Of a DNA stretch of 64,000 nt, positions 24,831 to 39,162 are shown piece after piece. Below the pieces are notes generated by a model that was not told the DNA's origin, did not search any database, and saw only the letters and a program-made list of their open reading frames with translations. Each line of letters begins with the position of its first letter. Position 1 is the stretch's first letter. The DNA is from Sphaeroforma arctica JP610. Its lineage: Eukaryota. Where the stretch lies: contig NW_014040481.1 in assembly GCF_001186125.1 (NCBI RefSeq), positions 16,300-80,299 on the forward strand. Direction: 5' to 3'. The position numbers were made by a program, and so were the translations under genes.

Positions 24831-27800
24831 TTCCTTTCTCAAATTTATTTCAATTAAAATTTAAAGCACATTTAAGAACTCTTATATCTATTTAGTAACT
24901 TTTGAGTGCTGTGAACTTTTTGGTTTTTGGTGACACCAGGGTCCAACATCAGTTCGATACATAGTTTATATGGCCGTGTGTTTTATAGTGAATTCGACAA
25001 TCCAGTACCAGTCAGTCAAGTATTACCCACCAAAGTACATTCATACAAAAGCTGTTAGCGCATTATTATACTGCTAAGAGCCTTTACACTGAATTCCAAT
25101 AGTTTGTGGATGTACTTTGAATGGTGACCCGAGACAGTCTAAGCATAGCGCACTAATTCATAAATTGTACAACATACAGCAAAATACTGCTGAAGAGTAA
25201 ATACTATCAGTAGACTGACCGTAGGCAGACAACGAAGATAGCTGATTCAAGAACCAGTGATCAATTGATTGCTGTGGAGTTTTGCTTTGTGACTATGGTA
25301 GAGCAGTATCAGAAAATCCACAACCTGTGCATGATTTGGAGTCATTGTCTTCCCACGACTATGTCACAAATGTCCAACACGACTACACAATTCGAAGAGA
25401 AAAAACTTTTCTCGTATGATTCTGTAAAAGAGCCTGAGTTGCGCACCAGACAGTGAAATAAGCTTGAATGAAGTAGCACATATCAATACCAATTAATAAA
25501 TGGAAGAACCCCCCCCCCTCTCTCTCTCTCTTTCTCCTCAACACATTTAATCTTAAAGAATGCGTAAAGCCGAAGGCTCTTTGATTCAACTTGGAGTAAA
25601 TTTTACACGAAAAAGTCAGTAAATGTACATTAAAAAGGTGGGATTGTCGCTAAATGTACATTTGTACACATTTGATCAATATTTCAGTATGCTTTCAACT
25701 GTTCATCGGTAAATCGAGTGAATGTGTATTTAGTGACTTTTCCACATTTTCAATATATACTTAGAGGCTGTTCTTTTCTTTTTCAAGGTTTGTAACTTTC
25801 CAGTCACTTTCATGTCCAACGAATATGAATACATGTAGACATATAAAACTTCGTCCAAATTGAAATATACAATACTATCCCTATCAAGTTCTGCGCTAGT
25901 GTCAATTTCCGCCGCCCAGTTGTTCAAATAGGTGTTTGTTGGTCCGACTAAATTTTCTTCGGTAGTAATCGAACACATAAGTAGCGTAGTACTTATCTCT
26001 TCGAGGTTTGTACACTTTCAGTCACTACCATACTCCCTGCCAATGTGGTGCATGCCTTACCATTGCCATGGCCCTGTTTTGCAATTAGATGTTTGTTAGT
26101 CCAAATTTTATCAATATCTAGCCATTTTTGCAGCACGGTTGTTCAAATAGGTGTTTTAAGGTCTAACCATTTTTCTTCCATAGTCATCGAACATACAAGT
26201 AGTATAGTATATCTTTCTTTCAAAGTCTATACACGTTTAGCGGATTCCAGGCTCCCGTGAGTGTCTTCCGTATCTAGCTATTTTCGCCCCCCGATGTTTA
26301 AATTCTTGTTTTTGAATCCAACATTATTTTTATTCGGTAGTCATCGAGCATACAAGTAGTGTAATATTTATTTCTTCTAGGTTTACAAACCTTTCAGGCA
26401 CTATCATGCTTACCGAAAATAGAAAAGAAAATTAAAATACTTTTCGTGCTACCCGTCTGTGTCGTCAATGTCGTACCATTTTCGCTGCTCGATTTCTTAA
26501 ATAAATGTTGATCAACTTTTTTGGTAGTTTCGATCTCATCGTAGTACACAACTCCCCAGCGCACATAGTTACAGTGACGGACATGTTTCTCTTTTGCGAC
26601 TTCGTTCATGTACATTGTCCGCAAATTCTTTATTCCCTGCAGCTTGTTTTTGGTTTGATCCTTTTTCTCTTTGGTGCTCGTCGTTTTGACTTGTGACAAG
26701 TTTTTCAGTGCTCGTCAACTTAGCTACTCCTTGGTGAACTACGACTTTTCCGTTTTAGCTAAATTAGTTACCTCTTGTTGATATATGACTTCTTCATTTT
26801 TCTCTCTCGCAAATAAGCTGTCTCTCTTGTTGTTCAATCGAAATTACGGTTGAGTAAGCCTTGATTGTGGCGCCATATATGCGAACTAATTTTATTTAAT
26901 TCGTTTACGTGCGCGAACACTACTGAACTGTATCAGTTGAGTAGGGGTAGCATCATCGTTTGGAAACGGTGAAACCGACAGTACATTTTCGTCCGGCACG
27001 AATCACTCGCGTAGCAGTGCTGGATCATACCGCGTGTAAGGCTAAGCACAGAAGCTCCGCATCCGCCAGTGACATATGCTCGAAGCGGTTCATTGCTATT
27101 TTGAGAGTGCATCAATTTCAAGTGTGATTTCATTTGTAGAAAACCACAGGTTTTCTTACATTATGAAAACGAAATCGATGGAGATCAATCAAACTTGTCA
27201 TAGGGATCAGTTTGTTGACATTGCAATGACAAACTATTTAAAGTGAACGTTATAGAACGAATTACAAAATATAATAAATCGAGCTTTATTTTAACCAATT
27301 ACGTTAGCATTGCTTGCAAACGATCACCATTAAATACTTTTTAAAAAAAATTCTGAGGGGGGGGGGGGGGGGGGCATATTTAGGATTTAATATTTACTTG
27401 TATAGTTGATTTATAATTATGAGACGCGATAACGTTTCAGCAGTATTTAATTACTGAAAGAGTACAAACATCTTAAATGCTCTTTCCTTGTGTATGTCAA
27501 TTTCATATTCATTCTTCAAGATTGAACGCAATTCAGATGTCGAATGGCCGTATCGTGGCTCATTCGAATACCTGGTGTATTTCTAGTCATTTTGTCGTGC
27601 TGGGCTTAGTCTGACAACTTTTAATTTTGACGGGTGTATGAGTATGCTCTGAATAATTGATTAAAAGGGACAATCAGCGGGTATATGATCACGTCAGCAT
27701 GACCCTGCAAAGTAAATTTAAGCCGCTCACCTCAGCAGCGACAATCAATATACTTTACAATTTAATATTCAATTTTGTATGTTGAAAGCATACCAACAGT

Positions 27801-30800
27801 ACATCGCTAAATCCAGAGTAGCGATCATACCTGGCGTATATAGGATTTGATTCGGTGATCAAACTATATTTACCACGACTATATCATAGTCTAAATATAT
27901 AGTGGTCGATATCTACAATCGATCTTTAAATTGCAGGCTTAAGGAGAGAGATATAAATCAAATTTGTCATAAAGTGGTACAGAGCAAGATATGTCGTTAT
28001 AAACTACACAACCACGATATGGCGCAAGACAGTCTTGCCTTGTTTATCAAGTAATATCAATCAGATATATTGAAAGTACAATTCATATTTTGTGAACTCT
28101 GTACTAAAATGACAGTTGCGTGCTCCAAACCCAAATATCTGAAGCGTATTAAAAAATACTGCAGCGCTGAACCACTTATGTATACGGTGTCATAACAGAC
28201 GGGGTAATAACAGAAATGCAATTTATAATCTGCACTGAAGACTCCTCTATGTGTTACACGACACATGAAAGCGCTTTAAATCAGTGAATGAACCCGAATC
28301 TGAATATGAACTTCAAGAGAATTTTGCCCAACGTCACCTTTGAGCTGTCGATATCGAATAAACTATTCGATGCTTTCACATCAGTGACAAGACAGAAATA
28401 TGTAGTCTAGTGAACATTTCTGGGTTACTTGGAGGCTCACTTTGGCGCAGTTATTACTTTCGGCTTTCTTCTTGGTCTAAGTGAATTTGAAGAGGCTTCT
28501 AATGTATCAGTCCGAGCTACCGCCGCGTTGCAGCAGATAAAAGTCAGATTGCTCATCCACACCGTCTATGAGAAGTACCTTTTCAAGAAATCTACACCAG
28601 CCTGCAATCATATATACGTATGTGGGTAACAATTGAGCCTAATCATAGGCACGATTTTCCACAAGCAGCTTTGCCTTGCGCATCCTGCTCTGAAGGCAAG
28701 CAGATGGTGCTCTTCTATCTGACAGGTCGCTTGCCAACCTGCAAGTTCGTCAGCGAAAATGAATCGGAACCTGTTAAAAACTGTTCAATCTTATCGTTCG
28801 CCAACACAGCAGCTCTACAGCGGCAGCTATGACACTGTACTTGACAGTGTACAAATATTTGTGATAAGTTGCGTGGAACTTAATAGTCGTGCCAACAGCA
28901 GATTTCACTATTAGGATTTGCCTTGAGATCGTGGCGATCATTGAAGACTAACCTGCCTATTTAAATGGATAACAATACCCTAAAGGCTAGTAGGTGAATA
29001 AAATCTAATACTACAAAACAACGACCATTCCAAGCCCCTGGACAGAAACTGTTACTTGGAGTGGATACCTTGATAAATTATAATCAACCTTGTGTACCAC
29101 TGCTATATTTTAGGTTCAACTGCGATAGACTAAAACACCGGTATCTTGTCGAGAAGTTTCTGTTTTCAGCACATATGGACCATGATCAAGTTTGCTATTT
29201 CAGCTGAACTCGTATTCTAGTTTGCCAGAATGTTGTACCACCACTACTAGCAGATGTATTTGCCATTTTTCAAAACGCACCGCATGATCACAAAGCCGAC
29301 TACGACGGCCTATAATTTGTCGAATCTCAAGCACAAGATAATGTCATTGTATAGACCATTATCACTCCAGATCTGCAACTCAAGACGGACTAAGCAAACA
29401 AATACATGACTATCAGTATCATCACCAGATAAAAAAAAAGAATTTCCACATTCTTGGAGTGTGAGACTCATATTTTTAGTTTTATTGCTGACGCTACTAA
29501 AACAATTTTTTATCGGTACTGCGACTATAAGAATGATCACTTTTGCACTATGCCTTTGCTTAATCGTGCATTTAACAGCAGCTATGCATGTACGTGAAAA
29601 TTGCATGTCAATTTTTGAATCGAAATGGCAAGGTTTAGACATCATCAATGAAAGCAGTTTGCCACAACGCCAGCGTCGTTGTTGGTCAATATCACTTGAA
29701 ATCCCTCCGGGATGTTTCTACGATGTCGCAGATCAATCATCTGGTATATTAGTACGCGGATGATGTCAATCCTATTATATCTGATGTGTTCTATTTATAA
29801 TATTATATCTGGATCCAGCAGTCCAAGCTACAAGGGCGACATCATCGGGATGAATCAAAAGCGAAGGTCACAGTGAGAGTACGTACGTCGGTCTCATCTC
29901 CAATGTCACTCAATGGCATTGCGAGTAAACACCATAACAAGTTCGATTACAAAGGTACAGGATGCGTCAAACAGAGCTACAAAATACAGCTGAAGGTATG
30001 CAGGTGGGCTATCGTCCAGAGGAATAATCATTATAGATGAGTTTTGTGTTTAAAGGCGGAGGAGCAATATGTCGATTTGTATACATTAGTCCGGACTGAC
30101 TCTGCAAACAAGTATATATCAATATTATCTGCAACGGAGTACGAATATTGTGAGTGCCGTATGCTCAGTGTTTAAACACTCCGAGTCAGTTACCCCAGTG
30201 ATGTTCAGTAAAACAGTAGGCCAATCTTTGCGCAGGGATTGATAGAGCGATTCAGCACTCCTATACACTAACGGAGCAGGTACGAATGTGACATTTAGCG
30301 ATATTTAAAATCGGGCTGACATGTCATAATCCGACAATTGACCACCAAAATGTATCGTTTACTCTCGCGGTATCCAGTAAAGGTCATCTACACGTGGAAT
30401 TATTCAAAATACCCCTCTGCCATAGCCTAAAACTATGGATTCAAATGAATGAAATAGAGAAGGTTAATTGTATGTCACCAATATAAGTAGTGGTATCGAT
30501 CATCATGATGTAGACACTAAGGTGTGGTCTGACATCGAGTCAAGAGAGAAGCCTTTCGATTCAACGAAAAAGCGATTCGATATAGCGACAGTATAGAATT
30601 GTAAACTTTATTTTCCGGATATCACGACGAATATTGTCGTCATATCTCTGGACATTTTGTCTCTAGTACATCATTTGCCTTTTCGTGCCAAAGTCTGTAG
30701 ACTACGATGATAGAATCAGTTATCAAGAAATAAGTATATACGTGTGGCATAACTCGGTGCATAATGACTGCCAGAGTGCCGTGTATTGAAGTACATACTC

Positions 30801-30999
30801 TCAAAATCCATACAATTTCGTGATCGCAAAAACATAGTAAAATATGAAGGTTCAAAGGAAAGTAAACGGGAATACACCGGAACAACTATCAAGTCAAGAC
30901 CTCGGCCACTGTTTCAAACCCCCCTCCTCCTGATATCGGCAATGCCTCAATCGCAAATTGCACGTTCTAATAGATGACAGAGAATCTAAAGATACAAAT

Positions 31000-31730
31000 A
31001 TCCATTCGCTTGCGCCGAGAATTCTACACCGTTTTTATGATATTAATGTAAAGCTATATAACAGCAGGGAACCCTGAACGTAAGCTAATTATTTTACAGA
31101 CGATGGAAGCTTATCAGAAGAGATACTCGACGCTGTATCTCTGCGTTTAAATGCATACTCTAAGTTAGTCGAAATTCGTAAGCAGATTATAGAAAGCAAC
31201 GCCTCGTCAATACGGAATTGATAGATATCTTCTTCATTGGATATGAGAGTATTCGATTGCATTCATTTGCGCCGAGAATTCTTCACCGTTTTCATGATGA
31301 TAGAAACCTAAAGAACAGCATGGCGATCCTGAACGCAAGCTCACTATTTTACAGACAATATAAGCTGATAAGAATGAATACTCGATGCTGTATCTCTGTA
31401 TTCATCAATCAATGCTCTAAGTTAGTCGATTAATTCGTAAACAGAGTATAGAAAGCAACACCTCGTCAATACTGAATTGATAGATATCTTCTTCTTTGAA
31501 GATGGGACTATCCGATTGCATTCACTTGCGCCGTAAATTCTACACCGTTTTCAAAATATTGATAGAAACCTAAAGAACAGCATGGGATCCTGAACGCAAG
31601 CTAAATATTTTACAGACGATGAAAGCGTATAAGAAAATAATAATACTCGACGCTGTATCTCTGGGTTTATCGATCAATGCATACTCTAAGCTAGTCGATT
31701 AATTCGTAAACAGATAATAGAAAGCAACGC
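31000..31730. repeat. Diverged tandem repeat, ~250-bp unit, 3 copies
   Basis: Recurrent ttgcgccgagaattctacaccgtttt...ctgaacgcaagct...tactcgacgctgtatctctg...agaaagcaac at ~31010, ~31267, ~31526. Confidence 0.85.
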
Positions 31731-32239
31731 TGCTACCGAGCGCCACGCGGACCACGATATATCAATGAAAGCGCGACAAGATGGAGCGTAGTGCTGCTTG
31801 GTCTGCCAGAATATTCTGATACGCACTGAGCTACGCAAGGAAGCACTATAGTAGACGCATGTATGCCCTCATAACAGAGAACTTCAAATTGCAAGTGAAT
31901 AATTAGTCATGGATCGGACAATTCGTAGGAATTTTGTACAAAAAGTGAATGTTGCTCTCTGGAAGTACAAATAAAACAATTTACACCATATCAAAGTACG
32001 TGCTGAGTGCAGAATAAAGAGAGCAGCTGGAAAGACACGACCAAACAAACAACTAGACCTCTTCTCAAGTATGTTCATTTCAAATAGAAATATTCTAGTC
32101 TGGAAGAAGCGCACTGAGTCTTTATTTGTAATTCGTATTTCCTAGCTCACTAGACTCAAATTTTCACTTGCATATTTCTCCTACGAGGGATCCGGGTATG
32201 TAGATACTGGTCTCCCACTACGATCTCAATGACCCTGAT

Positions 32240-34110
32240 ATAAAGAATATACTATTTTGCGTTCAGACTCATTCCTGAGGTAGTTAGAATCCTGTAGAAT
32301 TGGTATCCAGAATTTGCCTTTTTTAGGGGGGTTTTTTTTTGGTACAATGATACTACATAAGGACATTTTGAAATACAAAGTATGCGAAGAAGAAGAAAAA
32401 TTCTTAACGGAGCGGTTGCTATTTAACAAACGCGTATTAACGCCAAATTAAAGTCTTACTCAAAATAATATTATCCCACTAGCTGGGTCAAAATAAAACA
32501 AATCCANNNNNNNNNNNNNNNNNNNNNNNNNNNNNNNNNNNNNNNNNNNNNNNNNNNNNNNNNNNNNNNNNNNNNNNNNNNNNNNNNNNNNNNNNNNNNN
32601 NNNNNNNNNNNNNNNNNNNNNNNNNNNNNNNNNNNNNNNNNNNNNNNNNNNNNNNNNNNNNNNNNNNNNNNNNNNNNNNNNNNNNNNNNNNNNNNNNNNN
32701 NNNNNNNNNNNNNNNNNNNNNNNNNNNNNNNNNNNNNNNNNNNNNNNNNNNNNNNNNNNNNNNNNNNNNNNNNNNNNNNNNNNNNNNNNNNNNNNNNNNN
32801 NNNNNNNNNNNNNNNNNNNNNNNNNNNNNNNNNNNNNNNNNNNNNNNNNNNNNNNNNNNNNNNNNNNNNNNNNNNNNNNNNNNNNNNNNNNNNNNNNNNN
32901 NNNNNNNNNNNNNNNNNNNNNNNNNNNNNNNNNNNNNNNNNNNNNNNNNNNNNNNNNNNNNNNNNNNNNNNNNNNNNNNNNNNNNNNNNNNNNNNNNNNN
33001 NNNNNNNNNNNNNNNNNNNNNNNNNNNNNNNNNNNNNNNNNNNNNNNNNNNNNNNNNNNNNNNNNNNNNNNNNNNNNNNNNNNNNNNNNNNNNNNNNACC
33101 ATTACTGCGTAGTAGACTTTACTTTCAGAGAGCTACTATACCATCTGGCTTCGCCTCAAACCGGTAAGATAGTTAGTGATTGTCAGGCACCCATTGTGCT
33201 TGTTCTGTGTTCAGTCCCATTCCTAAGGTAGTAGGGATCCTGTATAATTGGTATCCGGAATTTGGCATTTTGTTTTTGTTTTTAGTACAATGATGCTGCA
33301 TGAGGCCATTTTGAAATTCAAAGTATGCCAAGAAGAAGAAAAGTCCTTAACGGAGCGGTTACTATTTAACAATCACGTATTAACTCCAAATTAAAGTCCT
33401 ACTCAAAATAAATAATATTATCCCACCAGCTGGTTCAGAATAAAACAAATCCATAACTACGTAGTAGACTTTACATTCGGAGAGCTACTATACCATCGGG
33501 TTTCGCCTCAAACTGGTAAGATAGTTATTGATTGTCAGGCACCCATTGTGCTTGTTTTGCGTCCAGTCTCATTCCTAAGGTAGTTGTGGTCCTGTAGAAT
33601 TGGTATCCGGAATTTAGCTTTCTATTGTTTTTAGTACTATGATGCTGCATGAGGCCATTTTGAAATTCAAAGTATGCCAAGAAGAAGAAAAGTCCTTGAG
33701 CGATTGCTATTTAACAATCGCCTATTAACGCCGAATTAAAGTCTTACTCGAAATAGATAATAATATCTCACTAGCTGGTTCAGAATAAAGCACATCCATA
33801 ACTGCGTAGCAAACTTTACTATCAGAGCTACTATACAATCTGGCTTTGCCTCAAAGCGACAAGATAGTTAATGATTGTCAGGCGCCTACTATGCTACTTG
33901 TCTGTATATGAGTATATGGATGACTATCTCATGTAGCCTAACTAGCTACCTGCGCTGAGCGGTCACGAAGTCACATGATAGCTGGCAGTCAGTAGAAGCC
34001 GATAAATTACAATCAATAGCCTTACGCACTGTATAGTTGGTTCAGAATCGACAAAATTCGTAACTGCGGAATGAAATTTGCCTTCAGACAGCTTCTATAC
34101 AATCTGGTTC
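32240..34110. repeat. Tandem repeat, ~360-bp unit, spanning the assembly gap
   Basis: Recurrent cattcctaaggtag...tcctgtagaattggtatcc...aagaagaagaaaa...aataatattatcccac at ~32270, ~33218, ~33570, with a decayed partial copy to ~34110. Confidence 0.85.
32507..33097. other. Assembly gap (N run)
   Basis: Run of n characters; other gaps at ~50798-51156, 55453-55472, 58330-58349, 61252-61271. Confidence 1.
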
Positions 34111-34117
34111 TGTCGTA

Positions 34118-34456
34118 TGTAGTATGTGGGGACCAGATTATCAACAAAAAAAAAAAGCCAACCCCAAACCCCAAACCACAGAATCATCAAATTCTGAGTT
34201 TTGGGTCCGGAACCAAATATTATTGATATTAGAATCATCAGTAATATTAATGGAAGAACCGGTGAGTTAAATCGGGACCCTGCGTGTGAGAGAAACGCTT
34301 GAGTAGAAACCTGAGTCTAGTGTATAAGAAAAAACAAACAACGACTCAGTTCGGTTCTCTCAGACTAAGGACTGTTCTAGCCGTGATAACCATACTTGGG
34401 AAGAGGTCCATTGTTTCCTTTGGTCGTATCTTGCCAGCTACTCTCCATACTCTACA
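34118..34456 (+). repeat. LTR-like repeat (TGTAG...CTACA), candidate 5' LTR of the downstream Gypsy element
   Basis: 5-bp inverted termini, homologous to 23103-23435, and upstream of gag/pol remnants. No canonical TGG PBS immediately 3' of it. Confidence 0.5.
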
Positions 34457-35699
34457 TTTCTAACAATTGCTTTACTTAGATATGTCAAACCAAACAGAAA
34501 ACAAGCTGACGGTAAGTAAGAAGTTAGTAAGCAATTTAGTCTGTCGAAAATTCGAAAAATAATACTTTAGTAGAAGAAGCAAAGTACGACGAATCGGCAA
34601 CGAACAGCTGTGAAGGGATTTATCCGCGAAAGTTGTCGGAGAACGTAAACCAAGTAGGACAGAGTCGGGGAACAAGCTATCAGCCAGCGAGGACGGACTT
34701 CCAGCCAGCAAGAGACTGAGAGGCAAGACGAGAGGGTGAAGACGGAGCCACCCCTCAAAGAGAAACTAAACCGGGGAAATTTGAAAGGTAGTGCCTGGTA
34801 TCCTCAAAATTGGTTTGTCATCTGGTGAGAAGTGGTGTCAGGGTGATTAATTATTCAATGTTGGGAAACAGAAATTTAAACCAAAAGTGTTACAGTTATT
34901 ATTCCATTCGCTACTACGTCAAGTAACCTGACGTCACAAACCACAGCTGTTTCGGTTAGGGACGTGAAGATAGTGTTACATCTCATAACCTATGTACGTT
35001 AAAATACAGTTGCATCTCATAGAGGTCCACTGAGAAAACAACAAGCAGTAGGACACACGAGGCACACAGATCTTAGATTTTTTTGTAGGACGAATCAAGA
35101 CCAACGAGCGTTCAGTACCAAAATAAATAGTCGAAGGCAAACTCTCAATAGAAAGGATCAACCTTCTTCAATAAATAAGATCACACGTAAACACTAAAAC
35201 ACAAGCCAACAAAACATTACAATATGATTACATGTAGAATATATACAACAATACGTTGAGTTTGATGCATGCTAGAACCATGAATTATAAATATCGTTGA
35301 TAAGGAGTTCTTAAAAGGCGTGACAAGATACCAGTTCGGTACAGGACCGAACAGGATGTGTCAAATCAAAGCTAAGATCTCATATGACTGATAGAATAAG
35401 TCACAGACTACTATCACACACGATAAAATGAGTACGGCTCAGATAACACGTGACAGATTAAGTCTGAAAAATAAACAACGTAAACAGATTCCCAATCCCA
35501 GGAAGGAACACACATCAGTATATATTTCCCACCGAAGTGCAGCAAGCGTGCTTAAAGGTAAGTAAGATAAATCGAATTTATATATATATTTACACAAGTT
35601 ACCAGCAAAGGCAAGGCAAGGGTGGTGAAGCGTTTATTCGGAACGAGTATAAAACAAGCCTTAACCAATAACTTGCAACACATACACTAACACAGACAA

Positions 35700-38600
35700 C
35701 GCAAAATGCCAACAGCAACCAGGGCAGGGATATATGGTGGAGACGGGGATGACACCAATAAGCAGGGAGCGTACAACAGCTCAGAAGGGGAATCAACCCC
35801 AGGTAACAACTCGAGTGCGTCAGCAATGCGTTTAGAAATAGACACGAGCATTTGTCATGTTAAGTGCTTCCTGGTCAGTAGGAACATCCCCAAACTAGAA
35901 GCAACAGCACCTGTAGCTATCGCAAGTCTACACAAGATGAGAGTAGGAATTCATGATCAGCAACCTGAGCGTCGCATGCCTCTAGTAGACATAGAGCTCA
36001 GGAAGAGATACGATCAAGTCAGCGATGCATGTGGTGACGACGAGGACGATGAAGTATGTCTTATTAAGCAATATATTAGTGAGCTAGAGATCATGTGTTC
36101 ACGCGTAGGTATTAAGATGAATGAACCAGCAGTTTTTGAACTTCTAAAGCTAAAAGCCGCTGAATTTCCGAAGTTACCGAGTGATGATTCCTTCAAAACG
36201 GAAAATTGTAAAGACATTATAGAGTTTACTATGCAATGCAGAGGCGTGTTCTTAGCTAAGTCCATGACACTCTGTCAGTATCCAACACTAGTGAGATATC
36301 TATTAGATTACACTGAGGCAACTGAGAAGACCAATGGGGGTTCTCAATGAAATACACGACTCAGAGACGCAGATCACAAATCACTACACTGATCCAAAGC
36401 AATTCAATAGAATCGTTCTTGATAGACTCAGACATCACCCTGTAGACTATCAGTTAGAAAGCTTCTCAATGACACGGATAACAAGGCACTGAATGTGGAA
36501 GCGCGCACAGAGCGGATGCATAGGACGATGCAGGTAATAGAGAAGGATACGGAAACTCGGAGAAAGAGCCAATACGTGCAACTCCCCAATACATGCAACT
36601 CCTCAAGGAAGCCAGATACAAGGCACTCATGTACGATGGACAGCAGGACAAGGTAGACGCAATCACTAAAGGAGACAAATTGCCTGATGGAAGTGACAGT
36701 CACTTAGATATGAAGCAGAGCTTGTCCTATTCTTTTACAGAAGCATCCAAATGAGCAGCAACAGCAAAGATGCATGCAGACCGGTTGTTCAGAGAGCGGA
36801 AGAGATACCACTCGAATGCACATCAAGCAACGAACACGGCTACACACAGCCAAACACAGAACACCGTACCATCAGTCCAAAAGCGTCACAAATCAGACAA
36901 TGGCACACCAAGACAGCCCAATTTAATAGGACAACCCTAAGAGAAGGAAGGGGCGCGCAAGGCACGTACTTGTTTCTATTGCAAGGTATCACCGGCTCCA
37001 CATCGCTTTAGCCAATGACATATGAAGGCTGCAAATCAAATTAAGAAGGCTGACGAGCGTGCTAAGAGTGACCTGCAATCGACACGACACTCAATTACCA
37101 CATGGAAGGTAGATGAGCTAACAGGTAGCGATGAGTCCTGAAACAACTGAGGTGAGGAAACAAACATGATTGACTTGACTGACAACTTAAGATGTATATA
37201 CAAATGAAGAAACGTTGTCAATAAATGCGGATGATTTGAGTTACCAACTTTTATCCTTGCTTCCCGCACCACGAGACCAAATAATACCTTTTGACATACA
37301 AATTAATGACAATACGTACAGGGCACTCGTAGACTCAGGCACACGACGCTCATGTATGGACAAAAGTATATTAACTGAACTATATCTATCAGTCAGAGCG
37401 CAACTAGGCTACATACAATTAGCACAAATATATGTGATAATACAAAGAACAAGGTCAACCAAAGTATGTGACATTAATTACAGAGGAATGAAAACCTATT
37501 CGTGTTTTTTAAGAGTTGGACCTACCAGACAAGGAGGCACCAATACTACTATGTATGAACATTATTCCATACATAAGTAGATATATTGCGGGATTAATAA
37601 ATCTACTTTTACCAACAGATACAAAAAAGAAATGACTACTCACTCCATATGAGAAAGACCCCGAGCACGAACAAGAAGGTTCAGAGAGTCACTTGCAGAC
37701 CTAGAAACCAATGCAAATATACCCCCTTGACGTACATTGCAACCTGCCAGGCTCCAAAGTCACTGTACAAATGAGGCATACCAAAGTAAACTTTGTACCA
37801 CATAAGCACATTCCACAAACGGATGAAAATGTGAACAGGTGGCTTACAAATGGCTACTTATACAAACGAACAACACCAACAACGGTGAACTTACCATTGT
37901 TATCTACAGGTGAACATGACCAAACAGATCTCCTCGAGAAAGTAAGGACATGTTTTGACTTAAGCGAGATTGATTACCAATACGAGCAAGGCATATTTGT
38001 GCTAACAAAAATAAAAGAGGTATTACACAACCTACAAGAAGCACGATTCTTCTCAAAACTAGATCTCGCGTGGGAGTTCCACCACTTCCTAGTAGATGAA
38101 GCAAGCAGACACTTTTTTCTCATGGAGGGGAGCGCAATACTTATTCAAGTCGGCGCCATTCAGTCTGTACTCACTCACAGCACAATTCCAGAGAGTTATG
38201 GCAAACCGTGGATGAAAGTCTTTGCATGTCTCCCAGAAGAGCGAAATCGCAAGACAGCACATGAAGTAAACAAACGATTGAACGGAGCAAACTTTCGACT
38301 TAGCCACAATGATCGAAGTGGTTAACATTCTGGGGGTGAAAGTCACCACAACATGACTCAAAACCGATCTTGAAAAATAGGTAAGATTGATGGACTGGCA
38401 ACTATCCAGAACAAAAAGAGAGCCGCACAGAGTGTGGGACTCGCAAACTATATGCATGACCATGTACCTAACTTTGCTCACACAACTAAACACTTCCGCA
38501 ACCTAATGAAAGGTAAAATGAGCCAAAAAGTATCTATGTGTACACCGGAACTGGAAAAGAAGTGAAAAGAATTCAAAGTAGCCATTGCATGTTCGGCGAC

Positions 38601-39162
38601 CCTAGCATACCCAGTGTATGGGGTACAGTTTCAATCATGAACGCTGCTAGTGACTATGCCATAGGAGGATAGTTGGAGTGAGAAGAGACATTCTCTACTT
38701 CTCTAAAGGCTTGGACTCGGCCTATCAACGCTATGGCACAAACATCAAAGAGCTACTAGCACTGGTATACAGTCTAAAACATTTATCTGAATCCATCAAT
38801 GGAGAGGACACTAAACTTTGGATGGATTATAACGGGCTTACGCAAATGAACAGCCAACAGACGTTACACCCAATACTAGCCAAATGGATAGCAAAAACAT
38901 TCCACCACAACTTCTCCATCATACATGTCCCAGGCAAGGACAACCAGATGGCAGATATGTTGCCGCGTCTACACAAAGACACATTCAACACCAAAACGTC
39001 GGAGGTATTAAAAGACACGAACAAAACAACACGCAACAGTCAAGAGTACGCCACCTTGGAAACAAACATTCGAGTAGCCACACCAGTCAGAGACTGGGAG
39101 CTGCACCCTAGATTCTATAAAGAAGCAGAAAGAAGGTTTGACAAATCACAGTAGATCTTTTT
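35700..39162 (+). mobile_element. Second, highly degenerate Ty3/Gypsy element (gag, protease, RT, RNase H, start of methyltransferase domain), 3'-truncated
   Basis: RTCFYCKVSPAPH knuckle (~36965); YRALVDSGTRRSCM (protease, ~37320); RFFSKLDLAWEFHHFLV (RT); KELLALVYSLKH and HVPGKDNQMADMLPR (RNase H); DWELHPRFYKEAERRF/ITVDLF (39092-39162). Confidence 0.88.

Noticed and set aside
28000..31000. Possible decayed coding sequence (transposase or viral)
   Set aside because: No ORF over ~110 aa and no recognisable motif; cannot be supported without a homology search.
32488..33102. 204-aa ORF of X residues (also 50630-51244)
   Set aside because: Artefact of N gaps.
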